Below, one piece after another: positions 43,653-57,746 of a stretch of 64,000 bases of DNA. The first letter of the stretch is position 1, and each line of letters begins with the position of its first letter. The translations under genes were made by a program, and so were the position numbers. The stretch is from Eledone cirrhosa (Eukaryota): NCBI GenBank assembly GCA_964016885.1, contig OZ024752.1, forward strand, positions 26,598,001-26,662,000, read 5' to 3'. The notes below the pieces were generated by a model, which saw only the letters and a list, made by a program, of their open reading frames with translations, ran no database searches and had not been told where the DNA came from.

Positions 43653-43840
43653 ATAATTGTTTCTACTTTAGGCACAAGGCCAGCAATTATTCAGCGCATT
43701 ACTGGTACTTTATTTTATCGACCCCGTAAGGATGAAAGGCAAAGTTAACCTCGGCGGGATTTGAACTCAGACTGTAAAGGGACGTAACTATGCTAGAAAG
43801 CATGGCCTCCAACCCTCTACCGATACTGCCAATTCACCGC
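43653..43840 (-). mobile_element. tRNA-derived SINE
   Basis: Same family as 63665-63858. Confidence 0.85.
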
Positions 43841-44851
43841 ATCATGCAAGGCATTTTGCCCGACGCTCAAACAATTTTTGCTAATTTATTGCTGAAATTT
43901 GGTTTTGAATCTATAAGAAAATCGCTCATGTTGTGCTTGATCATATAATATATCTAGGAAATTACATATTTATAATTTAGGATTTAAATTGAATACAAAT
44001 AAATTGCAAATGATGACAAATAATATAAATCAAAATAATGTTTTTTACTCACTATATTTTAACATATTTAATGTTTTGACCCTATTCTCAAATACAAAAG
44101 AAAAACAATGCGGTCTTCCTGAACTAGGCTGAGTGTGTTGATTGCGCATGCGGGGAGCAAACATAGAAGCTCCTCTGCCCTCTGCTCAACGTAGGTTTGT
44201 TCTATTCTTTATTGGTGGTTTCTGTGTGCTAATGATTAAAATTAGTTTATTCCTATTGTTGGAATAACATAATTATATGATAAATCTAGGGAGATTATTA
44301 AATATAACTGTTTTCAGAATGATAATACTAAATATCACAAGGAAGCGATGAATTAATTTTCCTCCTGGAAAATGTTCAGAGACGTGCAACCAAGCGAATA
44401 CCATACACTGAACGCCTTGCTTCCCTGAGCATGGATACATTGAAGCTCCGACGTCCTGCAACTGACTTGATAAACAACCACAAAATTATTAACCATCTTG
44501 CCAGCAACAACCCTGAGCACCTTTTTGATTTCCATGTGTCTAACACACGTGAGTATGCCTACAAAGTCAGAAAACAGCACAGCTCCCATGACTTTCGGAA
44601 ACATTTTTTCACGCTCAGAGTGAAAACTACCTGCATCAGTTGTTAGCTGTCGAGACACGGCATCCTTTAAAACCTCCGTTCTCGCCTAAAATTCGCCAAC
44701 ATTACACCTGGTATCCCCCCTCCATACACACACACATATGTATTTCATCACTCATACACTGTTCATTTTCCTGACATTTGAACATTATTCTATGTACTAT
44801 ACATTCACCTTTGATGAGTTGTAGTGCACCTGAGCACTGTACACAATAATT

Positions 44852-44884
<33 letters not shown>

Positions 44885-44947
44885 GAATGCGTTTCATTTC
44901 AAAATATAGTTATGAATGTTACTCTAGTATAAATGAAAGATACTCAC

Positions 44948-44959
44948 AAGTAGGCATAG
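44948..44959 (-). CDS. 12-nt microexon CTATGCCTACTT
   Basis: atttttcag acceptor / gtgagt donor. Confidence 0.55.
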
Positions 44960-45407
44960 CTGAAAAATATAAGTATAATATATGTATTATAATTCATGAA
45001 AATACACATTCTTTCTTTTGTTTATTTATAATACGTCTATAAAAATAATTTTGTCCATATTCTCACTGATCATATTATGTCGCTTTCGAGAATTCTGGCA
45101 TATAACTATATTTATTCGAATATATTTGGAATTATAATTTACAAATTATTTAGATATTAGACGCTGATGAAATCTCCAGAAAACAAAACAAAAAATAAAA
45201 CAAACAAACGAATATTAAGTATACTATATCAGTATTATTTGAATAATACATTTGAAAATTTAACAATTTTTAATCTAATTTTAATATTTGAAGATATGAA
45301 ATATTCTAGAGTATAATGGAGATTTATATAAAAATCCTGATTACTAAAAACATAGAATCTATTCAGATATTTATACAGAAGTAGAATTATGAAGTACTTC
45401 TACTTAC

Positions 45408-45425
45408 GAAGTCCTAGTAGCCCCA
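45408..45425 (-). CDS. 18-nt microexon TGGGGCTACTAGGACTTC
   Basis: ttcttctttttcag acceptor / gtaagt donor. Confidence 0.6.
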
Positions 45426-45627
45426 CTGAAAAAGAAGAAAAACGAAGAAAATAAAAAATTGAATTAATTGAAGCCCGTGTTCTTTATTAGCGTGGTTAGA
45501 GCAGTTAGAAAAATATTTATCGGGTCAAGAAATATTCTTATCGGTAAAGTGTATTCTGGTTTTTGTCTCCAAGTTTATGTAAGTATATATATACACACAC
45601 ATATCCTCTTAGCTTCGTACGGACGTA

Positions 45628-45665
<38 letters not shown>

Positions 45666-45689
45666 CGCGCGCACGCGCACACACGCACA

Positions 45690-45762
<73 letters not shown>

Positions 45763-45904
45763 ATAGCTCTTTATACAAAACGGGTTTTTTTTCATTTCGG
45801 GTAGACACGCTCCATCATCCACTCTTCTAAAAAAAATATATCATACACAAAACTCCACCATCAACAGTTTTCCAAGAGATGTCAATATGAATGGACCTGT
45901 TATT

Positions 45905-46915
45905 TAGTGGTGTGATGGTATGTATTCCATACGTTAAAATCCAGGTGGTTCAGTTCTAATTTTGGGGTTGTTGGCTCGAATCACGGTGGTTTGAAATTTG
46001 TGAACTTGGTAGTTATTTTATGCCGACAGAAAATTGATCTTTCTATTTTGCTATTAAGCACCATCTTATCGTACCTTAAAATATGGAATAGCTCCATATT
46101 GCAAAGTCTGCAGTGGGACAGTCCATAGTCGTAGGCCCTTGCTCCCGATAATTTTGACCAGCTAATCCTATATTCCTGGTTTGTGGTTTTAAGCTGCCAG
46201 ATTTTATTGGCGAGAGTTGTGGAGTTCTCCTGTCTACGGTTCTTCATTGACTGTCTGTGAACGTACCACTTTTATTGAACTCACCAGCCGTGGAACCTAT
46301 GTAGTGCCAAGTAAAGTTGCCTGAATTTACAGTACAGAGTTACACCGTACACGAATCCAGGTATCCATTTTGTAGTGGGCACTTATGCGGTAGGTGGCAG
46401 TTACAATTGGAGGCTTTTCTGTGTGCAGGTTCTCCGTTGCGGTTTTGTATGTTGCTGTGGGTGGGTTGAGATTTAGGCCTATTTAGTGTTTTGTTGCGAT
46501 GCGTCCTGATGTGTTTGTGGTTGCGATGTTGTTATGTGTTTGCGTTTTGTATTTGGTGCATTGGTATATATTGGTAGGTTATTTTCTTTAGAGATATTTT
46601 TCTGGTTGATTTTATGTATGTGTGATTCTATGTTGGCTGCAGTAGAGTAAGATAGTTTGATAGTTCTTCTATTAAAGATTCTATGGTATTTATGTTGTTT
46701 ACGGAAGTGTTTGTCGATTAGCTTAAAGAATGTAGAAGGTAGTTTGGTTTTTATAGGGTTTGATCAGAGGTAAATAATGTAATGGAGATCGAGTGACGCA
46801 ACTTCGAGCGATTAGCGGCCTCTAGACTCACCTGTCCAATGAAACAATTGTTAATACCTGAAATAAAGCCCCTTGTTGTACAACCAACCATGTTACTCTT
46901 CATTCTTTCACTATA
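45905..46915 (-). mobile_element. 5'-truncated Penelope-like element (thumb + GIY-YIG) with probable inverted pLTR piece at 46753-46915
   Basis: FFKLIDKHF...IFNRRTIKLSYS, CNC....CPL, YIGST, STTLANKIW, CRLC..E...I, LNSK.E....CRH. The plus-strand piece has GAAAcaattgTT and ends at (AT)n. Confidence 0.8.
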
Positions 46916-46933
46916 TATATTATAATATATTTT

Positions 46934-46978
<45 letters not shown>

Positions 46979-47016
46979 CATAAAAATTTCGCTCTACATG
47001 GCTGAATACAATAAAT

Positions 47017-47224
47017 GTAATCTGAGTTTTTCGAATATTAATAATAACATTCGATTCGTTTGCAATTATGCAGACAAGCTTCAATTTTATACCCATGTCA
47101 GTAGAATGAACACTTCATTCTTGCTATTGTGTTGGCATTCTACTGACATGGCTATAAAATTGAGGCTTGTTTGCATAATTGCAAACAAATCGAATGTTAT
47201 TAATATTCGAAAACCTCAGATTAC
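47017..47224. repeat. Fold-back inverted repeat (~90-bp arms) between (AT)n runs
   Basis: gtaatctgag...catgtcagtagaatg / cattctactgacatg...ctcagattac. Confidence 0.85.
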
Positions 47225-47242
47225 GTATATACATACATACAT

Positions 47243-47285
<43 letters not shown>

Positions 47286-47326
47286 TGTTAGAAAATGAAT
47301 ATCTACGCATAAAGCGATCTCTCTCT

Positions 47327-47360
<34 letters not shown>

Positions 47361-47537
47361 TGAGTTGGCGTTATTCGTAGATATTCATTTTATTACATAG
47401 TTCTATTATACGCATTTCAAAGATGTCAGAATGGTTATATAATAACGCCCTGGCATGTTTTCATCGGATGGTATAAGATGTACTTTACTATTTATATATA
47501 TGTTACTGGTTTCTCGAAGTGTTCAACAGAATTATAA

Positions 47538-47625
<88 letters not shown>

Positions 47626-48532
47626 CTCTCTTTCTATCTATCTATCTATATATATATATATTCTTTTTTTTTTAGGCGATGCACCCTATTGTCAAATACA
47701 AAACAAAATCGATGCGTTCTTCCTTAATTAGGCCGAGTGTGTTGATTGCGCATGCGAAGAGCAAGCATAGAAGCCCCTCTGCCCTCTGCTCCGTGTAGGT
47801 TCGTTCTATCCTTTATTTGTGGTTTCTGTGTGCTATTGATTAAAATTAGTTTATTCCTATTAATGGAATAACTTAATTATCTGAGAAATCTAGGCAGCTT
47901 ATTAAATATAAATGTTTTCAGAATGATAATACTAAATATCGCAAGGAATCGATGAATTAATTTTCAGGAATTTTCGAATTTGCATCACCAGTCTGAAACC
48001 CCTATCTTGCTCAGAACACTGACTTCAATCAGGCATCTACCATATTCTGAACGCCTTGCTTCACTGGGCATGAAGTCCGTCGTCTGGCAACTGACTTGGT
48101 AAACACCCACAACATTATTCACCATCATGCCAACAACAACCCTAAGCACCTTTTTGATTTCTATGTGTCTAGCACACGTTGGCATATCTACAAATCAGAA
48201 AACAGCACAAATCCCATGACTTTCGGACACATTTTTTCCCGCTCAGAGTTGCTGAAGCATGGAACAAACTACCTGCATCAGTTGTTAGCTGTTGAGACAC
48301 TGATTCCTTTAAAACCTCCATGCTTCCTGAAATTCGCCATCATTACATATCCTCCCTCCATACACACGCACATATGTATTTCATCACTCATACACAGTTC
48401 ATTTTCCTGACATTTGAACATTATTCTATGTACTATACATTCACCTGAGCACTGTACACAATAATTTCATTATCATTATTATTATTATTATTGTTGTTAT
48501 TCCTTGAATCTCAGTCATTGATGTTGGTTAAC

Positions 48533-48563
<31 letters not shown>

Positions 48564-48626
48564 GGATGCGTTTCATTTCAAAATATAGTTATGAATGTTA
48601 CTCTAGTATAAATGAAAGATACTCAC

Positions 48627-48638
48627 AAGTAGGCATAG
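48627..48638 (-). CDS. 12-nt microexon CTATGCCTACTT
   Basis: atttttcag acceptor / gtgagt donor. Confidence 0.55.
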
Positions 48639-49111
48639 CTGAAAAATATAAGTATAATATATGTATTATAATTCATGAAAATACACATTCTTTCTTTTGT
48701 TTATTTATAATACGTCTATAAAAATAATTTTGTCCATATTCTCACTGATCATATTATGTCGCTTTCTTTACAATATCTTAAGACACTTAATAGAGAATTT
48801 CTGGCATATAACTATATTTATTCGAATATATTTGGAATTATAATTTACAAATTATTTAGATATTAGACGCTGATGAAATCTCCAGAAAACAAAACAAAAA
48901 TTAAAACAAACAAACGAATATTAAGTATATTATATCAGTATTATTTGAATGATACATTTGAAAATTTAACAATTTTTAATCTAATTTTAATATTTGACGA
49001 TTTAAAGTATTCTAGAGTATAATGGAGATTTATATAAAAATCCTGATTACTAAAAACAGAATCTATTCAGATATTTATAGAGAAGTAGAATTATGATATA
49101 CTTCTACTTAC

Positions 49112-49126
49112 GATATGCTACCGCGT
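49112..49126 (-). CDS. 15-nt microexon ACGCGGTAGCATATC
   Basis: ttcttctttttcag acceptor / gtaagt donor. Confidence 0.6.
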
Positions 49127-49330
49127 CTGAAAAAGAAGAAAAACGAAGAAAATTAAAAAAATTGAATTAATTGAAGCCCGTGTTCTTTATTAGCATGATT
49201 AGAGCATTTAGAAAAATATTTATCGGATCAAGAAATATTCTTATCGGTAAAGTGGGTTCTGGTTTTTGTCTCCAAGTTTGTGCAAGTATAAATATACACA
49301 CAGATATCCTCTTAGCTTCGTACGGACGTA

Positions 49331-49369
<39 letters not shown>

Positions 49370-49960
49370 ACATAGGTATAGCTCTTTATACAAAACGGTT
49401 TTTTTTTCCATTTCGAGTAGACACGCTCCATCATCCACTCTTCTAAAAAAAAATAAATCATACACAAAACTCCAGCATCAACAGTTTTCAAAGAGATGTC
49501 TATATGAATGGACCTTTTATTTTCATCAAAACATTTTTTTCCAATTACACATCGCCCATCCTTTAATCTTTCTAATTTCTCATGTTTTCTTCTTCTGAAG
49601 GACTGGCGTCCGAAATGTTAAGACCCTCTTCCTGTTATTTCAAGGGTTAACCTAGTATGTTCGTTCCATATACTGTACCGATTGTGTTGTTATTTTTGTT
49701 TACATTTTACACACACACACACACACCTATATATATTATAAGGACAAATTAAAGTTTGATAAAAGAATCACTGCTTTCACCCTTAACGGGATCTTCAGAA
49801 GATCTCGTTAATGGTGAAAGCAGCGATTCTTTGCTTAAACTTTAATCTGTTCTTATAATAAATATTTTCTCCGCGGGTTTTTATATTTATATGTATTTTA
49901 TATACATATATACATCCTTGACGAGCCCTCTTCGGATTTTAGTGTTCAGATTTATTGTTA

Positions 49961-50107
<147 letters not shown>

Positions 50108-50364
50108 GATATATTGTGATATATATATACACATTCATGTGTATATATATATATAAACAAACAAACGAATATTAAGTATACTATATCAGTATTATTTGAA
50201 TAATACATTTGAAAATTTAATAATTTTTAATCTAATTTTTATATTTGAAGATATAAAATATTCTAGATTATAATGGAGATTTATATAAAAATCCTGATTA
50301 CTAAAAGCATAGAATCTATTCAGATATTTATACAGAAGTAGAATTATGAAGTACTTCTACTTAC

Positions 50365-50379
50365 GAAGTAGTAGTCCGG
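50365..50379 (-). CDS. 15-nt microexon CCGGACTACTACTTC
   Basis: ttcttctttttcag acceptor / gtaagt donor. Confidence 0.6.
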
Positions 50380-50583
50380 CTGAAAAAGAAGAAAAACGAA
50401 GAAAGTAAAAAAAATTGAATTAATTGAAGCACATGTTCTTTATTAGCGTGGTTTGAGCATTTAGAAAAATATTTATCGGGTCAAGAAATATTCTTATCGG
50501 TAAAGTGGATTCTGGTTTTTGTCTCCAAGTTTGTATAAGTATATATATACACACACATATCTACTTAGCTTCGTACGGACGTA

Positions 50584-50674
<91 letters not shown>

Positions 50675-50871
50675 ATAACTCTTTATACAAAACGTTTTTT
50701 TTTCCATTTCGGGTAGACACGCTCCATTATCCACTCTTCTAAAAAGAATATATCATACACAAAACTCCAGCATCAACAGTTTTAAAAGAGATGTCTATAT
50801 GAATGGACCTTTTATTTTCCTCGAAACATATTTTTTTCCAATTACACCTCGCCCTTCTAATTTCCTATGTT

Positions 50872-50910
50872 TTTTTTCTGATGAAGGACTGGCGTCCGAA
50901 ACGTTAAGAC
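50872..50910 (+). ncRNA. Penelope-type minimal hammerhead (degenerate duplicate at 49590-49625)
   Basis: tttt-CTGATGA-a-ggac-tggc-gtcc-GAAA-cg-TT-aaga. Confidence 0.75.
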
Positions 50911-51109
50911 CATCTTCCTGATATTTCAAGGGTTAACCTAGTATGTTCGTTCCATATACTGTACCGATTGTGTTGTTATTTTTGTTTACATTTTACACAC
51001 ACACACGCACCTATATATATATATTATAAGGAGAGATTAAAGTTTGATAAAAGAATCACTGCTTTCACAATTAACGGGATCTTCAGAAGATATAACGTTA
51101 ATCTCGTTA

Positions 51110-54100
51110 AGATTAACGTTATATCTGCTTCTGCTACTATGGACGTCGCCATGGATACGACTGTCAACAAAGAGAAAAAAATAATATCACCACTTGAAGA
51201 TTTTAAACTTTCTACTGTCGAAGCGGAGAAAAATAACACCCAGGAAAACACAGGAATTAAACTTATTAATATACATACACATGAAAAAGACAACAACAGC
51301 AACAACTCCATAGATACATCTACACATAAAGTTTCACCTCGTCAAGAAATTTCGATATCCGACACCGAGGTTAACAACGATAACAACAACAACAGCAACA
51401 CCACAAAAAAAATGTCTTTCGCTGAAACAGTGAACAAAAAAACAAGATTTTATAAATCTTGACATCTCCAATGCAGGCGATATGCTCCAGCAAGGGAGAA
51501 AATTTGTAACTTTGGAAGACAAGGGTGGATTTAGAATAAACTCACCCCTCGAAATAAAAAAAAGAGACAGTTCGAAGGACAGCGACCTTCAGGACTGTCT
51601 CCAACACAACGAGAAAAATCAATATTTGTGAGTCAAGCAGACATAGAAGCCACCTTGAAGGAGACTCTAGCAAATATTGACTTTCTCCAACGAGGAAAAC
51701 AGTACGGAAGTGTTTCCGTACTGTTTAAAAGCGAGGCATTCGCCCCAAAATATTCTGTGACACCAATGGTGTCAAAAGTATTCACCTTTTACCCTACATA
51801 CATTGGAAAAAGGACACAAAAAATAAAAATATACCACCAAACATTAACATCTGGTGAATTTTGGCTGACTTCGTGAAGCCAGAGACTGATGCCATTCTTT
51901 CAATACGAAAATCTATTAGACAAAGGTGGGCGGGTACTGATTTGGAGATTCTGATGCAAATGAAGTCGGAGAGAATTTCCAAAATACCAGAAAAAGTCGT
52001 CATCGACGACAACAACAAAATATACATTTCGGTGGAGGGCCGTAAATTTCATTGTTTTCGTTGTGTTAGCACAACACACCTAAAGGCCTCCTGCCATTTA
52101 CAAACACGATCAACCAAAACAATACAAAAGAAAGCATTGTTACCAACACCAACACCAAAACAACCACCACCACAACAAAAACAACTCACGAAACAAGCAA
52201 ACATTAAAACAAACAGCCACTCAACCAACAACAACAGAAAAAACACAGACAACACCCCTGAAGAACACAGCTCCACCCCATCCCACTCCATCAAACACTA
52301 CCACAAACACACACACCGAAACACCACCACCACACAACATACCCCTACCCCACACTCCTAACGATGATTATTCACCAACAGATGAGGCTGCTTCCCCTTC
52401 TTTAAGTGAAGAAGGAGAGCCTCGGAAATCTAAAAAACAAAAAAAGAGACACCACAAAACCCCCAAAATTCCAATCACCAACACCAACACACAACCACAG
52501 ACATAAACAACAACACAAACAACACCACAGTCAAACATCCCCCTACCAGCAAAACCAACACCAACACCCACCATAAAAAGAAAACTCCCGGACGAACAAC
52601 AAACTAAAACAACACAACAAAAACACAAACAACAATACACATACATCAACACAAACAAGAGTTTGATGGAGGTCATCTCCCAAAACCCCAAGGTGGAGAC
52701 AGAGGGCAACACTTTCGTCAAAGGAGAATCGTCTCCACACCTTAAACTTATAAGGGTCTCTATCGAAACCTATAGTGACCTGAAAAATAAATTTTCGCAG
52801 GACGTGGGCAACCCCTGCCAGAAACCCATCAACCGCATCCTGTTAAAATGTTTCTCCACCCCACCCAACACCCCTCCAACACCCAAATGGAGATTGAACA
52901 ACCCGATCTCCAGGAAACGAAAAGGTAAGTGCAATTTTTCGTCCTTTTTCTCCAACTCTTCTTCACCAACATTGCTAGTTTACGAGCTGGAAGCGTGAAT
53001 GTGCATGGCCAATGGGTGCCCTGGAAACAGGGCCAACTTTTAAACGACTTTAGGTCACACGGTATGGATGTGACAGCCATCACCGAGTCAAGGGTCCACA
53101 ACAGGCAGCAACTAACTCCCATCTTCGACGACTTTGAGATCTACGCATCTCTCTGTCAGCCAGGAGGTATGGGGGAGTGGCTGTCATGTTTCGGAAGAAC
53201 CTGGACGTCGAAGTACAGCAAGTACACTTGGACCTGGAGGGTAGACTGGTAGTCCTAGACGTGAACAGTATTGGAGGTGGAGCCTTCAGGCTGGTGGCCG
53301 TTTATGCCCCGACCGGGCAATCGCAATCACCGCCAGACTTCTTTAAGCGTCTAGAGTCTTTTCTGGGAACATCTCGCTCCTTACTTTTAGTGGGGGACTG
53401 GAATGGTATCCTAGATGCACGATGGGACTATGTGGGAGCATGTCCCAGTAGAGCGGGGTGCAACAGCCTCAAAACTTTAATCGGCCAATTCCAACTGGCC
53501 GATAGGTATCGACTGGATTTCCCGACTGCACCACAGTGGACGTGGGCAAACCGCAGCGGGACATCTAGATCGTATTTAGATAGGTTCTTCATTAGAGAAA
53601 TGGTCAAGGAGATGTTAAGCTGTCCACGAATGCACATGGTTGCTTACTCAGATCACAAATTAGTCGTCTGCTTAGTCAACCGTGATAGAATACATAGACA
53701 GGGACACGGATACTGGAAGCTGAACGGATAAGTAGACTAGTCAAGCAACAGTTAACGGGAGCCATCGTCAACAATAGATGGTGGTACTTTCTCAAGAAAG
53801 CAATTAGAGTAGAATCGATAGAGTTTAGCAGAGAGTTAGCCTTAGAGAAAAACAAAATAGAAAGAGAACTAGTAGCCAAGGTAGAGGAGGTACTTAGAAG
53901 TGGCAACGTGGCTAGAGTGTTAGCGTCGAAAACGGCACTAGACCATCTGTTCGACGCGAAACACGAAGGCTGCGTGGTCAGAAGCAAAACACGTGCTCTA
54001 GGAAACGAAGGATCGAAAGCGGTCAGCTGGGCCCGAGTGCCGGAGGCAAAAAGTGGCAATAAGTCCACGATTCGGTATTTGAAAGACCAAAACGGACGCG

Positions 54101-56618
54101 TGCTACTTGACCCCAAGCGAATGTGCGCGGCCTTTCAGCAGCACTTTGCGCGACTGTTTGAGCAGAACGACGGTGAGCCGAACGGGGCAATGGACTTTAG
54201 TTCATACCTCGATGGCTTGCCGCGTCTCACGAACACGGACGCCGAGTTCTGCGAAAGACCGATGACGGACACTAAGATACGGGACGATCTGGGCCGCTGC
54301 GGGAAACGCAGATGGTCTACCCTATGAGTTTTACATAGGCATGCGGGACTTGTTCTCTGGCGTCCTCGAGGCCGTCTACTACAATTGGCAGCAGAACGGG
54401 AGAATTCCCAGTTCTGCAGGCAAGAGCGTAGTAACGCTGATCAGGAAAGACGAGAACAAGGGGGACGAAATTAACAACTTCAGGTCCATAGCTCTGCTCA
54501 ATACAGAGTTAAAGATTTTTGTCAAGGTGCTAGCGACGAGGTTGGCGCTTGTCGTCGAGAACCTGGTAGGGAAAGCGTAAACGTGTGCAATCCCGACAAG
54601 GTCCATACACGACAACCTCCACCTCATGCGATACATCATAGAGAAGGTGGGCAGTAAACCCGGCTTCGGTGGGGCTCTGATCAATTTGCATCAGTCTAAG
54701 GCATTCGATTGGGTCGACCATCGATACTTGGAAGCGGTTCTGAAGGCGGCCGGTTTCGGTCCCGTTTTCAGAGGCTGGATCGAGGCGATGCACACCAGCA
54801 TCTGCTCGAGGGTCAAGGTGGACGGCTACTTATTGGAGCCGTTCGCAATCACGCGTTCCATTCGACAGGGATGCCCTCTCTCTTCCATTCTGTATGTATT
54901 GACTCCAGAGACACTACTGCGGAAATTGGAGCTGCTGCAGGGCATCTCTCTAGAATCCTGACTGCGCAAAGCGGCGTCGGCTTATGCCGACGACGTGACG
55001 GTAATGGTGTCGGGCACCTCGGAAATCGGGGTGGTTGGCAACTTACTGAAAGAATACGAAACGCTGACGGGAGCAAAACTAAACCTGGACAAGTCTGTCG
55101 GTTTGCAACTCGGTACCTGGAGAGGCAAACTGATGACGTTCGACAGCGTCGTTGGACTCTGAACGGACGGACCGGTGAAATTGCTCGGGGTCTGGTTCGG
55201 TCCAGACCTCCAGGTGGAGAAAAACTGGAAGGAGGTAACGGCCAAGGTAATTGCGCTCACCCAGAAGTGGGCAGAATGCAAACTGTCGTTGAAAGGTCGA
55301 GCGGAGGTGCCGAACACTTTCATAGCGTCCGTCATCTACTACCGCTTGACTGTCGTGCCTTTTCTCCGTGAACACCTTGCCAAGATGGAACGTATGCTCT
55401 TCCAGTTTCTGTGGAAAAAGCAGGCTCCGCTGGTGAGGAGATCCGTCTGCTGTCAGCACCCTTCCAACGAAGGCCTGGGGGAATGCCGTGGCTGATGATG
55501 CGCAAACATGCGCTGAGGCTGCGGCATCTCCAGGTATTCCTCACCGATCCCCAACCGGTGTGGGCACCGTTTGTGAGACAGGCTTTCCCGCAGCTCGTCT
55601 CGCTGACGGAGCTGCAGTCCTGGGTCAAGAAAAGACCGAAAACGATGGGCGCCTGCCACATTGGATGCGCTCAGGCGCTCACAGTCCTCTGGCAAGCGGG
55701 CACAGCAATCAGTGGAGACTCCACTTCGACATTCTATAGAGGGATTGTACGTTACAAGGGCGAAGACGTGCTCGGAGAGACTCTGGGCGTCGAAGATGAT
55801 GAGCTCACCAGTCTGTTTGGTAGGACCTTCCGCCTGGGACCTATGGACAACTTCTGGAGGTCCCTGGCCTGGCAGTACTACCGAGGAGCTCTACCGGTTC
55901 GTGACAAGATCTACAGGCACGGACGCCCCGGCAGGGATCCTTCCACGAGGACGTGTCCAAGATACGCGCAGGGCATTGAAACCGTCCTGCACGCAAGTGT
56001 ACACTTCCCGGGCGTAACCGACTTATGGAACTATGCAGAACAACTATTGTTGCGTATGGGACAAATCCAGTTGACTGCCGAGTCCATAGTAAGAATCGAA
56101 CCGCCAGCCTCTTTCAAAAACGAAAAAGAGTCGGTTTTCCTCTGTACTGGCTATGGTGAAAGAGGTTATATGGTGGACGAGATTGAGAGGACTGAGGACA
56201 GATGCCTTTCTCTCCGGACAACAATTGATTCCCTTCTTCAAGTATCACTTTAGAAGGAGAATCAGAGTGAAGAGAGAGGCACTCCACCCCAGTAAATTTA
56301 CTGAAAGGTGGGTGGATGTGGCAAAAATGGTCCGAGTGATAGGGCCTTCTCTGTTTATAAGCCTGTAGGTTGAAAAAAAGAGCAACAGGAAGAAAGGAGC
56401 ACTTGCGCAACGCGCTCCTGGAGTTGAGGGTTGTTCTATCGACGGAGTATTAAACAACCCATTTGTGGCGCCTCCCCCCTATTGGAGAATTCGATTGTTG
56501 TAATTGTTTGTTTTATATTTTTTACACGACTGTATGTAAAATCCCCGGCATGTCTTTGTATTGTCCCCTTTTCTTGTGCGCCATTGTGGCAAATAAAGAA
56601 ATCTATCTATCTATCTAT

Positions 56619-56619
<1 letters not shown>
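51110..56619 (+). mobile_element. Decayed near-full-length Tx1/L1-group LINE, diverged relative of 30263-35998
   Basis: Fragmented ORF1 (CFRCVSTTHLKASC) and ORF2 (GDWN, SDH, RQGCPLS, YADD) with stops and frameshifts; aataaa + (atct)n tail. Confidence 0.92.
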
Positions 56620-56708
<89 letters not shown>

Positions 56709-56711
<3 letters not shown>

Positions 56712-56823
56712 TTGAAATAAAATGAAAACGAAATTTCATTTCTCACTCTTCGTACGGCACTTATTTAAATGTAAGTATGTATGTATACGTACATACATAT
56801 ATATATACAGACGTACAGTAGCA

Positions 56824-56899
<76 letters not shown>

Positions 56900-56925
56900 T
56901 ACATATATATATATATATATATATT

Positions 56926-56973
<48 letters not shown>

Positions 56974-57570
56974 TACAGGTACACATACATATATGCACGT
57001 ATCAGTTTAGCGGACGCTTATTATAACGCCGCTTTGTTCGTTTGTAAACAAACTGAACAACCTGAATTTATGCCGTACGGTGTTAAGGCAACCACGTCAC
57101 CTTTTTGTTCAACACTGACACAGGAACGATTTACTAGTTTCAAGCTTGTTAGCTATCATCAGCACCGTATACCCTTCTGCCAGATAGTTAAACGTTCGAA
57201 AGTATATACTTTCCTTATGAAAATTAACGAATTAACGGCTGAGCAGCCTAATTTGCATATCGGTATGCCTGACTGACTTAACTCACTCGATATGCAAATT
57301 AGGCTGCTCAGCCGTTAATTTTCATAAGGAAAGTATATACTTTCGAACGTTCAACTATCTGGCAGAAGGGTATACGGTGCTGATGATAGCTAACAAGCTT
57401 GAAACTAGTACATCGTTCCTGTGTCAGTGTTGAACAAAAAGTTGACGTGGTTGCCTTAACACCGTACGGCATAAATTCAGGCTGTTCAGTTTGTTTACAA
57501 ACGAACAAAGCGGCGTTATAATAAGCGTCCGCTAAACTGATACGTGTATATATGTATGTGTACCTGTATG

Positions 57571-57622
<52 letters not shown>

Positions 57623-57659
57623 TGCTACTGTACGTCTGTATATATATATGTATGTACGT

Positions 57660-57670
<11 letters not shown>
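56709..57670. mobile_element. Head-to-head inverted pair of the 420-bp hammerhead family
   Basis: 56770-57263 is the reverse complement of 57287-57670 apart from (AT)n length; both arms end in (AT)n. Confidence 0.9.
57375..57415 (+). ncRNA. Minimal type I hammerhead (mirror copy on - strand at 57127-57167)
   Basis: cggtg-CTGATGA-t-agct-aaca-agct-t-GAAA-ctag-TA-catcg. Confidence 0.88.

Positions 57671-57742
<72 letters not shown>

Positions 57743-57746
<4 letters not shown>

Larger units (their letters stand above)
44080..45897. repeat. Local segmental duplication unit (copies at ~47680-49515, partial 50155-50810 and 58998-59815); contains a CR1-like 3' fragment and microexons
   Basis: Shared blocks such as ccctattctcaaatac...gattgcgcatgcg. 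CR1-like Y.ERL..L...TL..RR...KHFF..RV...WNKLP..VV ending in (ATT)n at ~44360-44880. Confidence 0.85.
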
